From IMG/VR virus record IMGVR_UViG_3300009152_000029: a DNA stretch of 64,000 nucleotides. One strand, given 5' to 3'. A program made the translations under genes and the position numbers. Shown here piece after piece: positions 10,301-18,656 of the stretch (the first letter of the stretch is position 1; each line of letters begins with the position of its first letter). The stretch comes from an uncultured virus (IMG/VR IMGVR_UViG_3300009152_000029) (Duplodnaviria; Heunggongvirae; Uroviricota; Caudoviricetes). The notes beneath the pieces are model-generated. The model saw only the letters and a program-made list of their open reading frames with translations, ran no database searches and had not been told where the DNA came from.

Positions 10301-11794
10301 AATAACATCACTTTTGAGTGGTATTTAGATGGTGTTTTAGTTAGAACTGCTTCACAATTATCTTACTCATTTAATACAGTAGGGTTGTTCCTTGTTTCAT
10401 TAGTAGTAGCAGACACTCAGAATTTAAAATCTTCATTGCTGACAAATTTAGGTAGAAGATTAAATGTGCCAGTAAATGTTTCTCCAGTTCCCAAAGTTGA
10501 TGCAAACAAGTTGTTTACTACTGGACAGTCAATTAATGGAGCAATTGCAAGTGGAGCTTATGAACCTAACAGATATGGTTACGAGTTAGTAGATGATACT
10601 AAAAAGTACGTCATAATTGAATCAGGATTGAAACATTCATTTGCAGTTGATGATCTTGGCACACTATATGGAAGTGGCGACAATACTTATGGACAATTGG
10701 GTTTGCCGAGCAATATAAGCAAAGTAAATGTTTTGACAAAAATTCCATTAAATTCTAAATTCAAGGTAGTCAAAGTATCAGCAGGAGATAGAACTTCAGC
10801 AATTATTGTTGAAGATACTGTATTGAATAAAAAAGTCTTGCTAGTTTGTGGCGATAATAATTTGGGGACTTTCGGGCAAGCATTACCTAAGAGTAACATA
10901 TATGGATTTAAATCAATTCTAGAAAGAAATTTATCTAATAGTCCTCTTAATTTTTCAAACAATGATGCACTTTTAGATGTTTCAACCTGCCAACATATTA
11001 CTGCTTTTGCTGATAATAAAAAAGTATGGGTTGCCGGAAAACATAATTATTCTTCAACTGGATTTGTAAATGAAATTGGATTTATTGGTATTGATGTCCG
11101 ACAAAACCCTGATTTATTTTTGACAACTCCTATGATGCCGTTCAAAATAGAAATAGGATTTTTCGATCCAACTAGCCCAAACGATTTTATAGGCTATGTT
11201 ACTGGTATCGCATTCGATCCGGACAACCAAATTGTTTGGTTTGCTGGAAAAACTAATTTGAGAGGATGGGGTTATGCGTATGATATATCAACATATGAGA
11301 ACAGGATTGGAGTATTATTGGCTGATACTGACCCTTATTTCAACAGAGCAATATACTTCTATGGATTCACAAACGCAAATGAAATTCCAGCTTTCTTGAT
11401 AAGTCCTGGGACAGCAGCAGAAAACCAAAACTTTTTACCAGGCGATCCTAAAGCAGAAACTTTTCAAAAAATATCTGTGAGTAACTTCGGATATTTGGCT
11501 TTGTCAGAAAATTATTATTGGCCTTGGGGTGTTAATTTAGATGGTGAATTAGGCTTTGCATCAAGTTATAAAGATACTTTATCTGAAAACTCAAAAAATG
11601 GAAGATTTCCCGGTGAAATATCTTCGGTTGTCGATATTGCAAATCCAACTGATATTTCTGCTGGAGGATTTCATTCATTGCTGATTGCTTCATCTGCTAA
11701 ACCATCAACTAATACTTTTACATTTGTCAGAACTGGAGGGTATCCAAATCCTGACGTTCTGACAGTGTATCCAACTGAGCAGTCTGCACAATAA
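1355..11794 (+). CDS. Giant putative virion adhesin/tail-tip protein (3479 aa): unknown N-terminal half, 14 tandem PKD domains, C-terminal RCC1-like propeller
   Basis: Repeated PxAxF...WDFGDG...PxHxY...GxYxVxLTVTD units at about 6595-10485. RCC1-type motifs GLKHSFAV-DDLGTLYGSGDNTYGQLG, WGVNLDGELG and ISAGGFHSLL. No signal peptide. Confidence 0.85.
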   Translation: MAIYRTNRSRTTSFIGKFKFNYEVLLGNPIKNFSFPIFVKSYPTNAEVVFSSTDCSFVCRVGEPNLTVSNTFGRDTVFLEPEYVESSKKYKIKLNFQFIAGISQGLNAVNISDSFVLELVDFDKNVATKTLKSFSGSIEGTVYFGTPLEEYVGIDEFLPSEIKTKPSASGCGDDEIVVIKDLNKDTVRQFPRYTTLNWFEMIKPNTSSRVGIEITAIDSKGKVNKFSRFQTLNFTLARRISYSAGKKITAYTANSGNSGYVSIYGTTPDLKSNSQAKTSLVTVDTENFSIKGYTDPNSTYVKEIRGKAEARINLITDPTRTVTFDANVYDWNKNHTNPLKAYLVGFGSIYIPKRYKTITYNQAQFLTVETNSGNISASQDYQRYSGFLDAIQDLPQAESDSKNLRFDNTQRWIYGMIDGIHSNEIFDDLESPTDNMDYPDKYIRGADGCENINFLNQELTIGEDELPSGSASIPIPLRGWKFNAMTLKQDKEYIIPGEGNTRNYVGDQGEPHYYGDQNLSGYRYLNLEVRSLNNDLQNSLINITETSKGFTKSNNSQTEDTKYWKIRSSTNKFQNIIVDLCNPDNKNDNVDNQDSPYPRLNAYTTSKPVSLSPLGLLAAENKPKDNFLFTGPIDGSESNIWITGEIKKIIQDSGVIYLTDPVSKNVDYFDVNTSAFPKSGVGTNYIFGRPRIANGKIKLAKPFIAADGYTYDDTGKRINIIPDYFKEIYFYKVQNDLTKDNTVDGILLKDKDGKYPEEFEIYDYNPGFPDITGNLSKTTGLFVDGNQIIKVEHNAVFLNNPYDSVEIENSTLKIKKTYKIIQYVNSQAEETSYFSIEVPNDANSNLQFPVGSSIKLTFSRSDDRFASIVLKFSSIDKVEENKYRGNIEYSKLDKNSEPNYDGIPPTINGIETVFNPNAPIITVKDPRLVEFTFPKNTILNTNILSKDPSENEVNAIDDYPEDEASNGPYYGVSRITKLQVDNDLLELKNVKLQRINSLSNFVYSGNNNTFESKTKFTVSENANTTEIPTETQYFTRRFWQQNTDSRDEEEGDIEWQLTKSSRLNNWQLFPKSISGLCDDINKIDEYVAPQWLNVNNPSSKVVRHPGWLAQKILKSYPTDPITGDRIYTIDLDPEYLNSDTGYATWVYGGGILALPSGKNSGSGTSYVKAIDISFNELKTLLAQTIFHRINGNFPPGLPDLFGNTSLKNSDGTQQTSVLHLRGGIIARGLANGLILPPQKSTDDNIRKANLIETSTGAAAGSSESNDFGFYQTETPFGKNKIDHFIQLEKSKQFANPESFKSSTRNLSQAKRERASFKGGKELATDITACESGFENSIVIAYTVPTTKEKDIKYTSIIQTDSFYSGVYENYCVGYPNVQSGNGVSLPGEYPFLLSSELIKNSRNVHTFLLTEHTSLLKSQSTNNYNSLISSNTNMRNKFSWFPHIFGESKSDANFSTNSIAFNKMRFNSYAISNESPLLANIGYADDGSVIFRTIPLNTSGTVAPVTDQNILVAGKAPTYISEFRLLDTLMLEGIAAPVHPTVSIINSQEYLVSYVLKENLRIINGKFISNYELSDKFELINLDDISGQTLSEESNIFGLTSVYDNRLNVQRNVFFSSGSIVYYEVPVSSSSFGTSVIPKLHLIAGNVNSDFAVNLIQRESMVTYYDSNSELSSVVSKHKPAIISCKHMNYSSDVIVVYDTGNCNLRAVKFNPYSNTFDNITGIACTYVDYPIECVSSADVTTDTNNIKPQALFTANPTSGITDLFVVFSNDSFDFSGSELTYEWDFGDGTSSIETNPTHTFVNSTNVDKEFTVTLIVTNSNGVKSNPTTLKITVYPKVTDLKPTAKFSASPTSGPATLSVLFTNQSFPVKDGSVIATYVWDFLGNGQLSSFSNNDDLIYDYTISGTYKPTLYVEDNFSRKSDLFTGPNIVVSLTPKADFSWKQTSFGPVFNVKFTDKSTPANIVTSWAWDFGDGQTSYSQNPEHFYDLPGVYDVKLTVTNSSNDTNSINYSVSVSGQGNNNPIANFSYSQVDKTYTVNFLDTSEGQIVNWKWLFDANNLSLTSNIQNPVFNYSTFGSYTVSLEVTDSFGNTDIEVKTITVSEITNQPPVINLINATQTSFEPIIVKFTEESSDIDGYIIKWEWNFGDGSDIYSTTSSLSKNPTHQYVSPGVYDVTLTVTDNGLFDGTNKKSSQKSLQIEVFAPPANKPPQASFTVDNNNNFAPLAVNFTDTSTDTDGFIVKWLWELENNSFVEFNLQNYRKTISYVFTKSGLYTVKLTVTDNNGLSNTATFDIIVNNSLPNSIFTISPNPINSKESANFDGSKSFDSDGTIVSYNWDFGDTVRQDNASPNVSHIYNRPGLYTISLEVIDNFGASNISQKTLTVNNRKPTARISYTSLIVKAPGSLLFSGQNSFDEDGNIVSYAWVVSNGQVSSLQNPTFQFTSEGSYTVTLTVTDDFGDSNSTQVVVNVSPADNILPNAILLVDKNTGLVNDLFNFDVASSKDPDGFITFYEIDFGDGNTTSFVNPANISHIYKSVGIYNASLVVTDNRNGRSLPSNQQITIINQPPSANFSFNPTNPQTLQTINFIDSSTDPENDLVRWEWNFGDQNSFVTSDANKKSPQHQYAFGNKTYSVTLTVYDKFNLSNSITKNIFVSNRIPVAVISTNPTDVNKVITGFAPFTVIFDSLAFDLDGSISDYEWTISGLQITPITTKSFIYTFNTPRFVPYTVSHRVRDNDGFWSNTVTVAVKVNPPNQPPVARITANPVSNTSFAPLDVTFSGAGSYDPDNIGGPLAYYWDFGNGQTSFEQIAVTRYTQPGTYNVSLKVIDNQDGSSTETLSYIVRNNQPIAVLNTVPPGITQVEINTSVTFTSDGSNDSDINQFISGYKWLVDGINQNLNTPEISFIFTSTGNHTVTLSVFDNFGLESIPVNKTIFVVRTPPPPPPNKNPIAVISNEPELSGNIELKVGDTYTFDGLLSYDPEDLNNITFEWYLDGVLVRTASQLSYSFNTVGLFLVSLVVADTQNLKSSLLTNLGRRLNVPVNVSPVPKVDANKLFTTGQSINGAIASGAYEPNRYGYELVDDTKKYVIIESGLKHSFAVDDLGTLYGSGDNTYGQLGLPSNISKVNVLTKIPLNSKFKVVKVSAGDRTSAIIVEDTVLNKKVLLVCGDNNLGTFGQALPKSNIYGFKSILERNLSNSPLNFSNNDALLDVSTCQHITAFADNKKVWVAGKHNYSSTGFVNEIGFIGIDVRQNPDLFLTTPMMPFKIEIGFFDPTSPNDFIGYVTGIAFDPDNQIVWFAGKTNLRGWGYAYDISTYENRIGVLLADTDPYFNRAIYFYGFTNANEIPAFLISPGTAAENQNFLPGDPKAETFQKISVSNFGYLALSENYYWPWGVNLDGELGFASSYKDTLSENSKNGRFPGEISSVVDIANPTDISAGGFHSLLIASSAKPSTNTFTFVRTGGYPNPDVLTVYPTEQSAQ
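6595..10485 (+). repeat. 14 tandem PKD (Ig-like) domain repeats (protein-level repeat)
   Basis: Counted by eye from NxxPxA starts and W-x-F/W-x-W cores. A poly-Pro linker (RTPPPPPPN, about 10160-10185) precedes the last unit. Confidence 0.85.
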
Positions 11795-11831
11795 AGGATA
11801 TTACTTTTTAACTTATTTATAATTAAAATAT

Positions 11832-14756
11832 ATGAATTTACTTCCCGACTCAAGACAGTTAGTTTCTACTATTAAACTTTCGATTATAAACGCTCCAGAA
11901 AGTGGTTTTTTCACGGGCGAATACTCTGCAACGTCTCAAGCTAAGCCTGCAGAAAACACCAATGTCTTAAATTACGATTTTGAGCCTTTGTATACAAATC
12001 CTGACGGTATTGTGGAGAAAAAGTTTAGTTCTAGATTACAGAAATTAAACTCATTGCAAAGCGCTAGAATTCCTGAAGTAAATACATCCGTAAGTGCCTC
12101 ATCCTGTACTTTTGCATTTGGTGGAATCGTACCAAATGAAGTTCATCCAAATTTCAATAAACTCAAAGGCCCCGCATACAATGTTGAGTTTGTTGATGAT
12201 CCAAGAGTAACATCAACAAAAAGAACAAAAAAAATAAGTTCTTCAAAAGCATTACATCTTCCACAGATTCCTTTTAGCGACAAAGGCAATGTGTTAACAA
12301 CATACAATATTTGGAATATTGTAAATAGTGGCACCCAAGCTATAAAATACATTGGCCCTTACAAACAAAATACTAACTCAGGTACTTTGAAAACTATAAA
12401 TGATCCTAATGGTGGTTCATCAGTTGAAATAAGTTCTATCGATCAAATTACCTATGTCGAAAGAATATTTGCCACTTCTTTTGACGCTGTATATCAAAAA
12501 GAAGCAAGAATATTTAATCCTGATGGAAATGATTATCCTATCAATGCTAGAGGAGATAATGGAGGCAATGGTTTTCATATCAATTTTTCTGCAAGCAATG
12601 TTAATCAAAGTGATTCCGCACTCTCAGTTTATTTTGCTCCAGTAGTTCCAGACGATAGATATTATAATGACTTTGAAATACAATTCAAAATAGACAAAAA
12701 GCCAATAATTAAGTTTTATGATCCTTCAATTTCAGACTATAAAGTAATAACAACTTCAGAAGCTCCAATATTTGACAAAAATAATATGCATTCATATGAT
12801 ATTTTTGTGCATTTTGTTGGCCCAGTTGTACTCATAGGATTTACTTCTGATATTACAAAATGGAATTCAATAGTTCCATCTGACTCAAGAGAATGTTGGT
12901 GTCCTCCTAGTACAAAAATATCTTTAGGAGTTTCGAACTTAAACCTAAAGTTTAGATATTCAGCAATTATTTTTAATAATTTTAATAACGATCAGGATGA
13001 ATTTACTAATAATCAAATTATATCTCAATTTATATTGCCACAAAATTTAGCAAACATTGACACACTAGAAGATATTGTCACTTCTTTTGAAGCTGCATCT
13101 TACAGAATTAACCCAACCCCTGGAAATACAGGATTTCATAAAGATAAAAATCCTTTAGATAAAAATATATCTTACTATGCAGACCATAGACTCTCTAATG
13201 CTCAATTTAATTCTCAGTTTATAGAAACTAAACAAAGAAACAGTAAAGAGAAAAATTTTCCGAGATATGATTATGTATTTAAGCTATTTTATAACACAAC
13301 AATTGAAGGACCAGCATTTTTACAGGTAGAGATGCCACATCCCGGAGTTTTGGCAGCTAGTCCTAACCGCAGTGCTGAAAGTAGCACTACATTCAAGAAT
13401 ATAAGCGGTAAAAGTAATGCTGAATCAGGGTATGGTTTTATAAATCCACCAGTTCAAGATCTTTTTATTCCAGTAGCTGATATATCTGAGTTTTTGCTTA
13501 CTTGGAATGTAAGTTGTCAAAATGATGGTGGAAATAGCTGCATAATTAAGAAGACAGCAACTGTAACTTTAAAAAATCTAGATACTTCCCTCAAAGGATA
13601 TAAAGTTATAAATGCTATAGAAAATAATTTGATTTGCATAACTATAGATGCAGGTTACTTAAATGGTCCTGGATATTGTTATTTTCAAGGATTTATAACA
13701 AACGTAGAATATCAAAGAACAGGTTCTGACAGCACATTTACGCTTACTTGTGTTGACATTATGTCATATACTTTGGATAATATTTATTTTGAAAAAAATA
13801 TGATTATTGCTGGTATGAGACACGATTTTGCAATTGATAGTTTAATTGCTGCTTCTGGATTTTGGTCATATTACTATAGAGACAATACTAACATAAGAGA
13901 CATTGATTTAAGATTAAACTCGCAGTCGGTCAATAACCAAGATTTAATAAAATGTTCTCCTACTCAGACTATTTATCCAAAAATAAAATCTATTTTAGAA
14001 AGATTAAATAGAGTTGGTGGGCTTCCAGTAATGAGGTGGGCTGAAAACTTTGGATTTGTCTTATCCGGAAGATACAGAGATGACACTATTGATAACGACT
14101 TGAGGTTTACTGGTATAGTTTCAGATCCAGCAGCTAATGTATCTATAATCAATTATAATCAGAATGCATTAGTCAATCAGAATGTTCCTTTAAGTGACCC
14201 AGGTTGGCACGGACTTATAACAGATTCATTTACAATATCTACTGATATGAAATCATTAGCTGCTGGTGTAAAAGCTTTTGCATCATCTATTACTGGCTTT
14301 TTAGCAGACGAAAGATATAACCCAGGATTTTACCCTGCAGATCCAAGAGATTATTTGGGTGAAACACTTCTTGATAAACTCTCAGCTAAAAAAGATTTAT
14401 TAAATGTAGAACAAAATCCATTTGCAAAACCTTACATAGGATTTAGAAAATATAAAGTTTCATCTGAACAAAGAAATACTATTCCAGACCAAAGAACTTT
14501 AGAGAGAATTACTGATGAATTAGAAAAAGTTATTGCAACTCCTCAAAGCGAAGTCTCATTTAGTTGTTATGTAACAAAGCCTTTAAAATTTCACGGAACA
14601 TTTGTAATTCAAGTGTTTGTAGTAGATCCCAAGACAGTCGATTATACTGATAAATATATTTATGAGAGAATAAATTATGTCTTTGATAAATCTCAAAATG
14701 TTATTACAGCAAATGTTACAGGAATTAACATCCCATTCCTTATAAATGATATTTAG
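11832..14756 (+). CDS. Putative baseplate hub/tail-tip protein (974 aa)
   Basis: C-terminal half reads like gp27/GpD-type hub proteins: ATVTLKN...ITIDAGY...YFQGFITNVEYQR...FTLTCVD, ending YIYERINYVFD...TANVTG. Structural gene context. Confidence 0.55.
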   Translation: MNLLPDSRQLVSTIKLSIINAPESGFFTGEYSATSQAKPAENTNVLNYDFEPLYTNPDGIVEKKFSSRLQKLNSLQSARIPEVNTSVSASSCTFAFGGIVPNEVHPNFNKLKGPAYNVEFVDDPRVTSTKRTKKISSSKALHLPQIPFSDKGNVLTTYNIWNIVNSGTQAIKYIGPYKQNTNSGTLKTINDPNGGSSVEISSIDQITYVERIFATSFDAVYQKEARIFNPDGNDYPINARGDNGGNGFHINFSASNVNQSDSALSVYFAPVVPDDRYYNDFEIQFKIDKKPIIKFYDPSISDYKVITTSEAPIFDKNNMHSYDIFVHFVGPVVLIGFTSDITKWNSIVPSDSRECWCPPSTKISLGVSNLNLKFRYSAIIFNNFNNDQDEFTNNQIISQFILPQNLANIDTLEDIVTSFEAASYRINPTPGNTGFHKDKNPLDKNISYYADHRLSNAQFNSQFIETKQRNSKEKNFPRYDYVFKLFYNTTIEGPAFLQVEMPHPGVLAASPNRSAESSTTFKNISGKSNAESGYGFINPPVQDLFIPVADISEFLLTWNVSCQNDGGNSCIIKKTATVTLKNLDTSLKGYKVINAIENNLICITIDAGYLNGPGYCYFQGFITNVEYQRTGSDSTFTLTCVDIMSYTLDNIYFEKNMIIAGMRHDFAIDSLIAASGFWSYYYRDNTNIRDIDLRLNSQSVNNQDLIKCSPTQTIYPKIKSILERLNRVGGLPVMRWAENFGFVLSGRYRDDTIDNDLRFTGIVSDPAANVSIINYNQNALVNQNVPLSDPGWHGLITDSFTISTDMKSLAAGVKAFASSITGFLADERYNPGFYPADPRDYLGETLLDKLSAKKDLLNVEQNPFAKPYIGFRKYKVSSEQRNTIPDQRTLERITDELEKVIATPQSEVSFSCYVTKPLKFHGTFVIQVFVVDPKTVDYTDKYIYERINYVFDKSQNVITANVTGINIPFLINDI

Positions 14757-14760
14757 TATT

Positions 14761-14988
14761 ATGGCATCTTTCAATTCCCTATCTTTTATTATTTCAGAGC
14801 AAATTAGATTCAAAGACGCAGTTGAGAGCAACAACGTTTCTTTAAGAAGCCCTGTCGCACAACAAATGCAAATGGTCAATCTTACAAATACAGACACCTT
14901 ACAAACTGAAGATGTACTGCGATGGGGATATTCTAACTGGGGACTACAAAAAGTTACAGCAGAATATAAACCAAGAGAAAAAAGATAA
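14761..14988 (+). CDS. Small hypothetical structural protein (75 aa)
   Basis: ATG at 14761 lies 4 nt after the upstream TAG. Its TAA overlaps the next ATG (TAATG), indicating translational coupling. Confidence 0.7.
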   Translation: MASFNSLSFIISEQIRFKDAVESNNVSLRSPVAQQMQMVNLTNTDTLQTEDVLRWGYSNWGLQKVTAEYKPREKR

Positions 14989-17900
14989 TGGGAAATACAC
15001 CAATATATGGATTTGGATACATTGAACCAAATCAAGACCTGTCAGAAAACATTGATTTAGATGAATTGCGTTTTAGAGCGATTGAAAATCAGATGTACAA
15101 TCTGTATCAAATTTTTAAAAATGGAATTATAGAATCAGATCCTAATACTCCATCTTGGAGAATTCAAACTTATTCTAATGACTTTAAGTTTTCAAAATTA
15201 TCTATAACCTCTGGTCAAGGTTTTGTCTCATATAAAGCTGCAAGAACTACATCCCCAAAAGATATAAGTTTACCTATTATCCCAACAAATGCTTCAACAA
15301 CTAGAATTTTTGTTTATGCATATGAAAATGAACAAACTGCTGTATCGGGAGATGTTGATTTTATTTCATCGTTGACGCAAATAAATGATTCTGTAAATTA
15401 TATACTATTGGGATTTCTTGATATTGATATCAACTTAGGTTCTATATCTCTTGATGAATCTACACGACAAGATATAACTCTATTTTCTTCTTTGTCGTAT
15501 TCTATAAAAAATCATAAACACATAGGAGGTAATGGCAATCCATCTCCTATCGATCTTTCTTCAGAAGTTCAAAATCAAATAACTTCTGAAAATATTTCGC
15601 ATATTGATGCTAGTAAAATCACTACTGGAACAATAGATTCCGCCAGATTGCCTGATATAAATCACAACTCATTAAATCAAAAAGGTAATTTATCTCACGA
15701 ACAAATTGAATCTTTATTGCTTAATTATACTTCTGACAGTTCATCAAACACACTGTCAGAACTTTCTATAGCAAATAGATTACAAATGCTTATAGCTTTA
15801 AAGAAACAGTCTGGAACGGGATATTCACATATAGATTCAACCCAAATCAATACTATTGTATATGTACCAGGTATATTTCCAAATAACAATGGCAATTCGT
15901 CAACTGGTAACAGCGCAGGTTTTGCAATAACAACTGGCGCACCTAGTAAATATGCTCTTGCTACTGTATACAATAATGCTCCTTGGGCTTCTGGTAATGG
16001 AATAAGCAACAGTGTTTCTACAAGCACTTTTGTGTCTGACAAAACATATGTAACATTGACAGAACTCAATCAAGCTAGAATCATAGCCTCTTCTATAGGT
16101 TCTACTTTATATTCATACTATAATAATGTGGCAATTGCTGGGTCAGCTACAACTGGTAGTTTTAGTATTGACACTCCCATAAATTATCGAACTTTGGCTG
16201 TCCCTTCAGCTAGTATTTTCAGCACCACCGATAGCTGGAGTACTGGTTTGATATTTACAAACTCATACGATTCCAACAAACTAAAAGTAGATACTGGCTT
16301 ATATGCATTTAAGCTTTTTGATAGTCCTGTCTCACTAGAATACAACTCAAAAATTGGTATAGGGTTTTCAGCTGGGCTTGGAGAAACAGGAGCAGCTTTA
16401 GGAAAAATTTATATGTATTTGGTTGTAGGAACTGGAGCTTCTGATCCAAATCTATCTACAGATGAGAAAATTGAATTTGCCCCTAACACTGGAACAGCAA
16501 CAACATCAATATACATTTCTCCAGTAACAAACAAGAAAATATTTGATGATGAGACATATGGTTCATCTGGTTCAACAGCAACATACCAAAGCTTTAATTT
16601 ATCTGATTTCGGCGATAATAGCTTAATAAAATCTGTTTTAGGTTATGGTTTTTATTTTGCAACTGATCAGGGTTGGACAGCTGATAAACAAGTTAAGTTT
16701 GAATTGCTCACTCCAAGCGAGTCACAAATAAATCCAGACAATAATTTAGATAACTTGATTGAGTCAAGACGTTCTGCACTTGGAACAACTTCTTCTTTAT
16801 TTACTTGGAATGATTTGTATACATATAAAAATGCAAATTTCTTATTTAGATTTGATTCAGGTGATGTCACGACACAATATAACCAAGTTTCTTATGAAGT
16901 AGACCTTCCTTCAGGTACAAAGTATACTTTAAAGTCAAGAACTAATACAAGTTCAGAAGTATTTTATAATGTCAGAACAGTCAATGAATCTGATGTTATA
17001 ACAGTTACTCCTAACACCAACAGTAGTGTTGGTAGATATTTTGATTTGCTTTTTTCAGTTTATTCAAATGAAAACCAAAACCTTACTCCAACTTTTAGTA
17101 ATATAAGAGTAAATTATTCTGCTGTAGGTACTGCAACATCTAGAATTTATGACAGAAACTTAACAGACACAAGCATAAATAAATTTGGTTGGGTATCTGA
17201 TGCATATAGCGTTAAAAACATCGGATATGGTACTACAAATCCTGACAATACAAATTATCTGTCAATTTATGATACAAGCAAGGTTGGAAATTGGGTTTAT
17301 CTTAGAAATAATACACTTATTTCAGCCACAAATCTTAGAGTTGAAACTACAGTAGAAGATGGAATTGATAACTCTACATTGGCTGGATATTTAACTCCTG
17401 TGCAAATATTCAATAAATCCACTTCTTACGGCTTCAATACTCCTAAAGACTATCAAGCCTTGAATAATGGTGGTAATGTAATTTGTGACACACTTAATGA
17501 CAGAATTGTAATTACTGATATAAATGGTAATTTTACTAAAGTCATTCAGGGAAATATTAGATTGCGATTACAGTCTAGAGATTTTGTAGCTTTATCCGCA
17601 ACTTTCAATCCTGTCACTAGAAAAATATTTATTGCTTTTTCTCAAAATATATCTTTTGAAGATTTGACAAAAATATTTATAGTCTATGACAACATAACTG
17701 TAAGAGCCGATGATACAAGATTGACAACTGAATATGTAGAACCTATTTCTGGAAATAGCTCTACATTTGTAATAAATATTCAGAATACAGTAGAAGGCAG
17801 AACTCTTTCATCTGCTTTAGCTAATTCAAGTTTAAGAAAAATTAGATTAGACAGAGGAAGCTTTACTAATTCTGGCCCGTCTATAAATTCCACAGATATT

Positions 17901-18653
17901 TTGAGTGCAACTATTCCTCAGTCAACAGTTTCAGATATTAACAGAACTCAGCAATTTTATGCTGGAATTTCAACATCTTTCAGTGGGACTGTGACTACAG
18001 CGATAGGAATAAGTTCAACCTCTCAAACAGTTTCTTCAGTAACTGACTACAATGGTGACGGAGAAGTTTCTCTTACTAAGATGTATGGTCCAAATAATCA
18101 AGAAGATGATATTCAACTTGATTTGCTAAAAGGACCGATTTATTATAAGAATATTTATAATCCATTGTCTGTTCAGTATGTAGAAAATGACAATCATATA
18201 GTCTTATCACAACCTCATTCAGATTCAGTTTTATCGTTGGTAGACAATGATGATTTGGATTTAAATTGGGCTATTACTTCAGACATTGTGAAGTACTATG
18301 ATAATAAGGTTGGTTCTGCCTATCAAATGGGTAGCAATAAAGTTTTATTAGGCAGTCCTGCAGTTGACAGTAATGATACAGGAAAGCTTCAAGTTTATAA
18401 TATTACAAATGGCTTTATAGAAACTAAGTTGACATTCAATAATGATGTTGTTAAGGCGTTACCTGGTCCTTCAACAGATTATTCAAACTTTTATGTATTG
18501 ACTGATGATGTAATAAGTTTTGGAGCAAATTCACGTCTGCATTTAGTAAATACATCTGGAACAATTTTGGCAACTTGGGGAGATAACAATGAGTTGTTTC
18601 ACCCTAAAGGATTAAGAATTGCTGGAAATGATACTATTTTGATTTCGGAATAA
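14988..18653 (+). CDS. Putative tail fibre/baseplate protein (1221 aa) with C-terminal NHL-like propeller
   Basis: Fibre-type motifs HKHIGG and DASKITTGTIDSARLP. Propeller-like blades FNTPKD...ICDTLNDRIVITDING and LFHPKGLRI. Confidence 0.6.
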   Translation: MGNTPIYGFGYIEPNQDLSENIDLDELRFRAIENQMYNLYQIFKNGIIESDPNTPSWRIQTYSNDFKFSKLSITSGQGFVSYKAARTTSPKDISLPIIPTNASTTRIFVYAYENEQTAVSGDVDFISSLTQINDSVNYILLGFLDIDINLGSISLDESTRQDITLFSSLSYSIKNHKHIGGNGNPSPIDLSSEVQNQITSENISHIDASKITTGTIDSARLPDINHNSLNQKGNLSHEQIESLLLNYTSDSSSNTLSELSIANRLQMLIALKKQSGTGYSHIDSTQINTIVYVPGIFPNNNGNSSTGNSAGFAITTGAPSKYALATVYNNAPWASGNGISNSVSTSTFVSDKTYVTLTELNQARIIASSIGSTLYSYYNNVAIAGSATTGSFSIDTPINYRTLAVPSASIFSTTDSWSTGLIFTNSYDSNKLKVDTGLYAFKLFDSPVSLEYNSKIGIGFSAGLGETGAALGKIYMYLVVGTGASDPNLSTDEKIEFAPNTGTATTSIYISPVTNKKIFDDETYGSSGSTATYQSFNLSDFGDNSLIKSVLGYGFYFATDQGWTADKQVKFELLTPSESQINPDNNLDNLIESRRSALGTTSSLFTWNDLYTYKNANFLFRFDSGDVTTQYNQVSYEVDLPSGTKYTLKSRTNTSSEVFYNVRTVNESDVITVTPNTNSSVGRYFDLLFSVYSNENQNLTPTFSNIRVNYSAVGTATSRIYDRNLTDTSINKFGWVSDAYSVKNIGYGTTNPDNTNYLSIYDTSKVGNWVYLRNNTLISATNLRVETTVEDGIDNSTLAGYLTPVQIFNKSTSYGFNTPKDYQALNNGGNVICDTLNDRIVITDINGNFTKVIQGNIRLRLQSRDFVALSATFNPVTRKIFIAFSQNISFEDLTKIFIVYDNITVRADDTRLTTEYVEPISGNSSTFVINIQNTVEGRTLSSALANSSLRKIRLDRGSFTNSGPSINSTDILSATIPQSTVSDINRTQQFYAGISTSFSGTVTTAIGISSTSQTVSSVTDYNGDGEVSLTKMYGPNNQEDDIQLDLLKGPIYYKNIYNPLSVQYVENDNHIVLSQPHSDSVLSLVDNDDLDLNWAITSDIVKYYDNKVGSAYQMGSNKVLLGSPAVDSNDTGKLQVYNITNGFIETKLTFNNDVVKALPGPSTDYSNFYVLTDDVISFGANSRLHLVNTSGTILATWGDNNELFHPKGLRIAGNDTILISE

Positions 18654-18656
18654 ATT

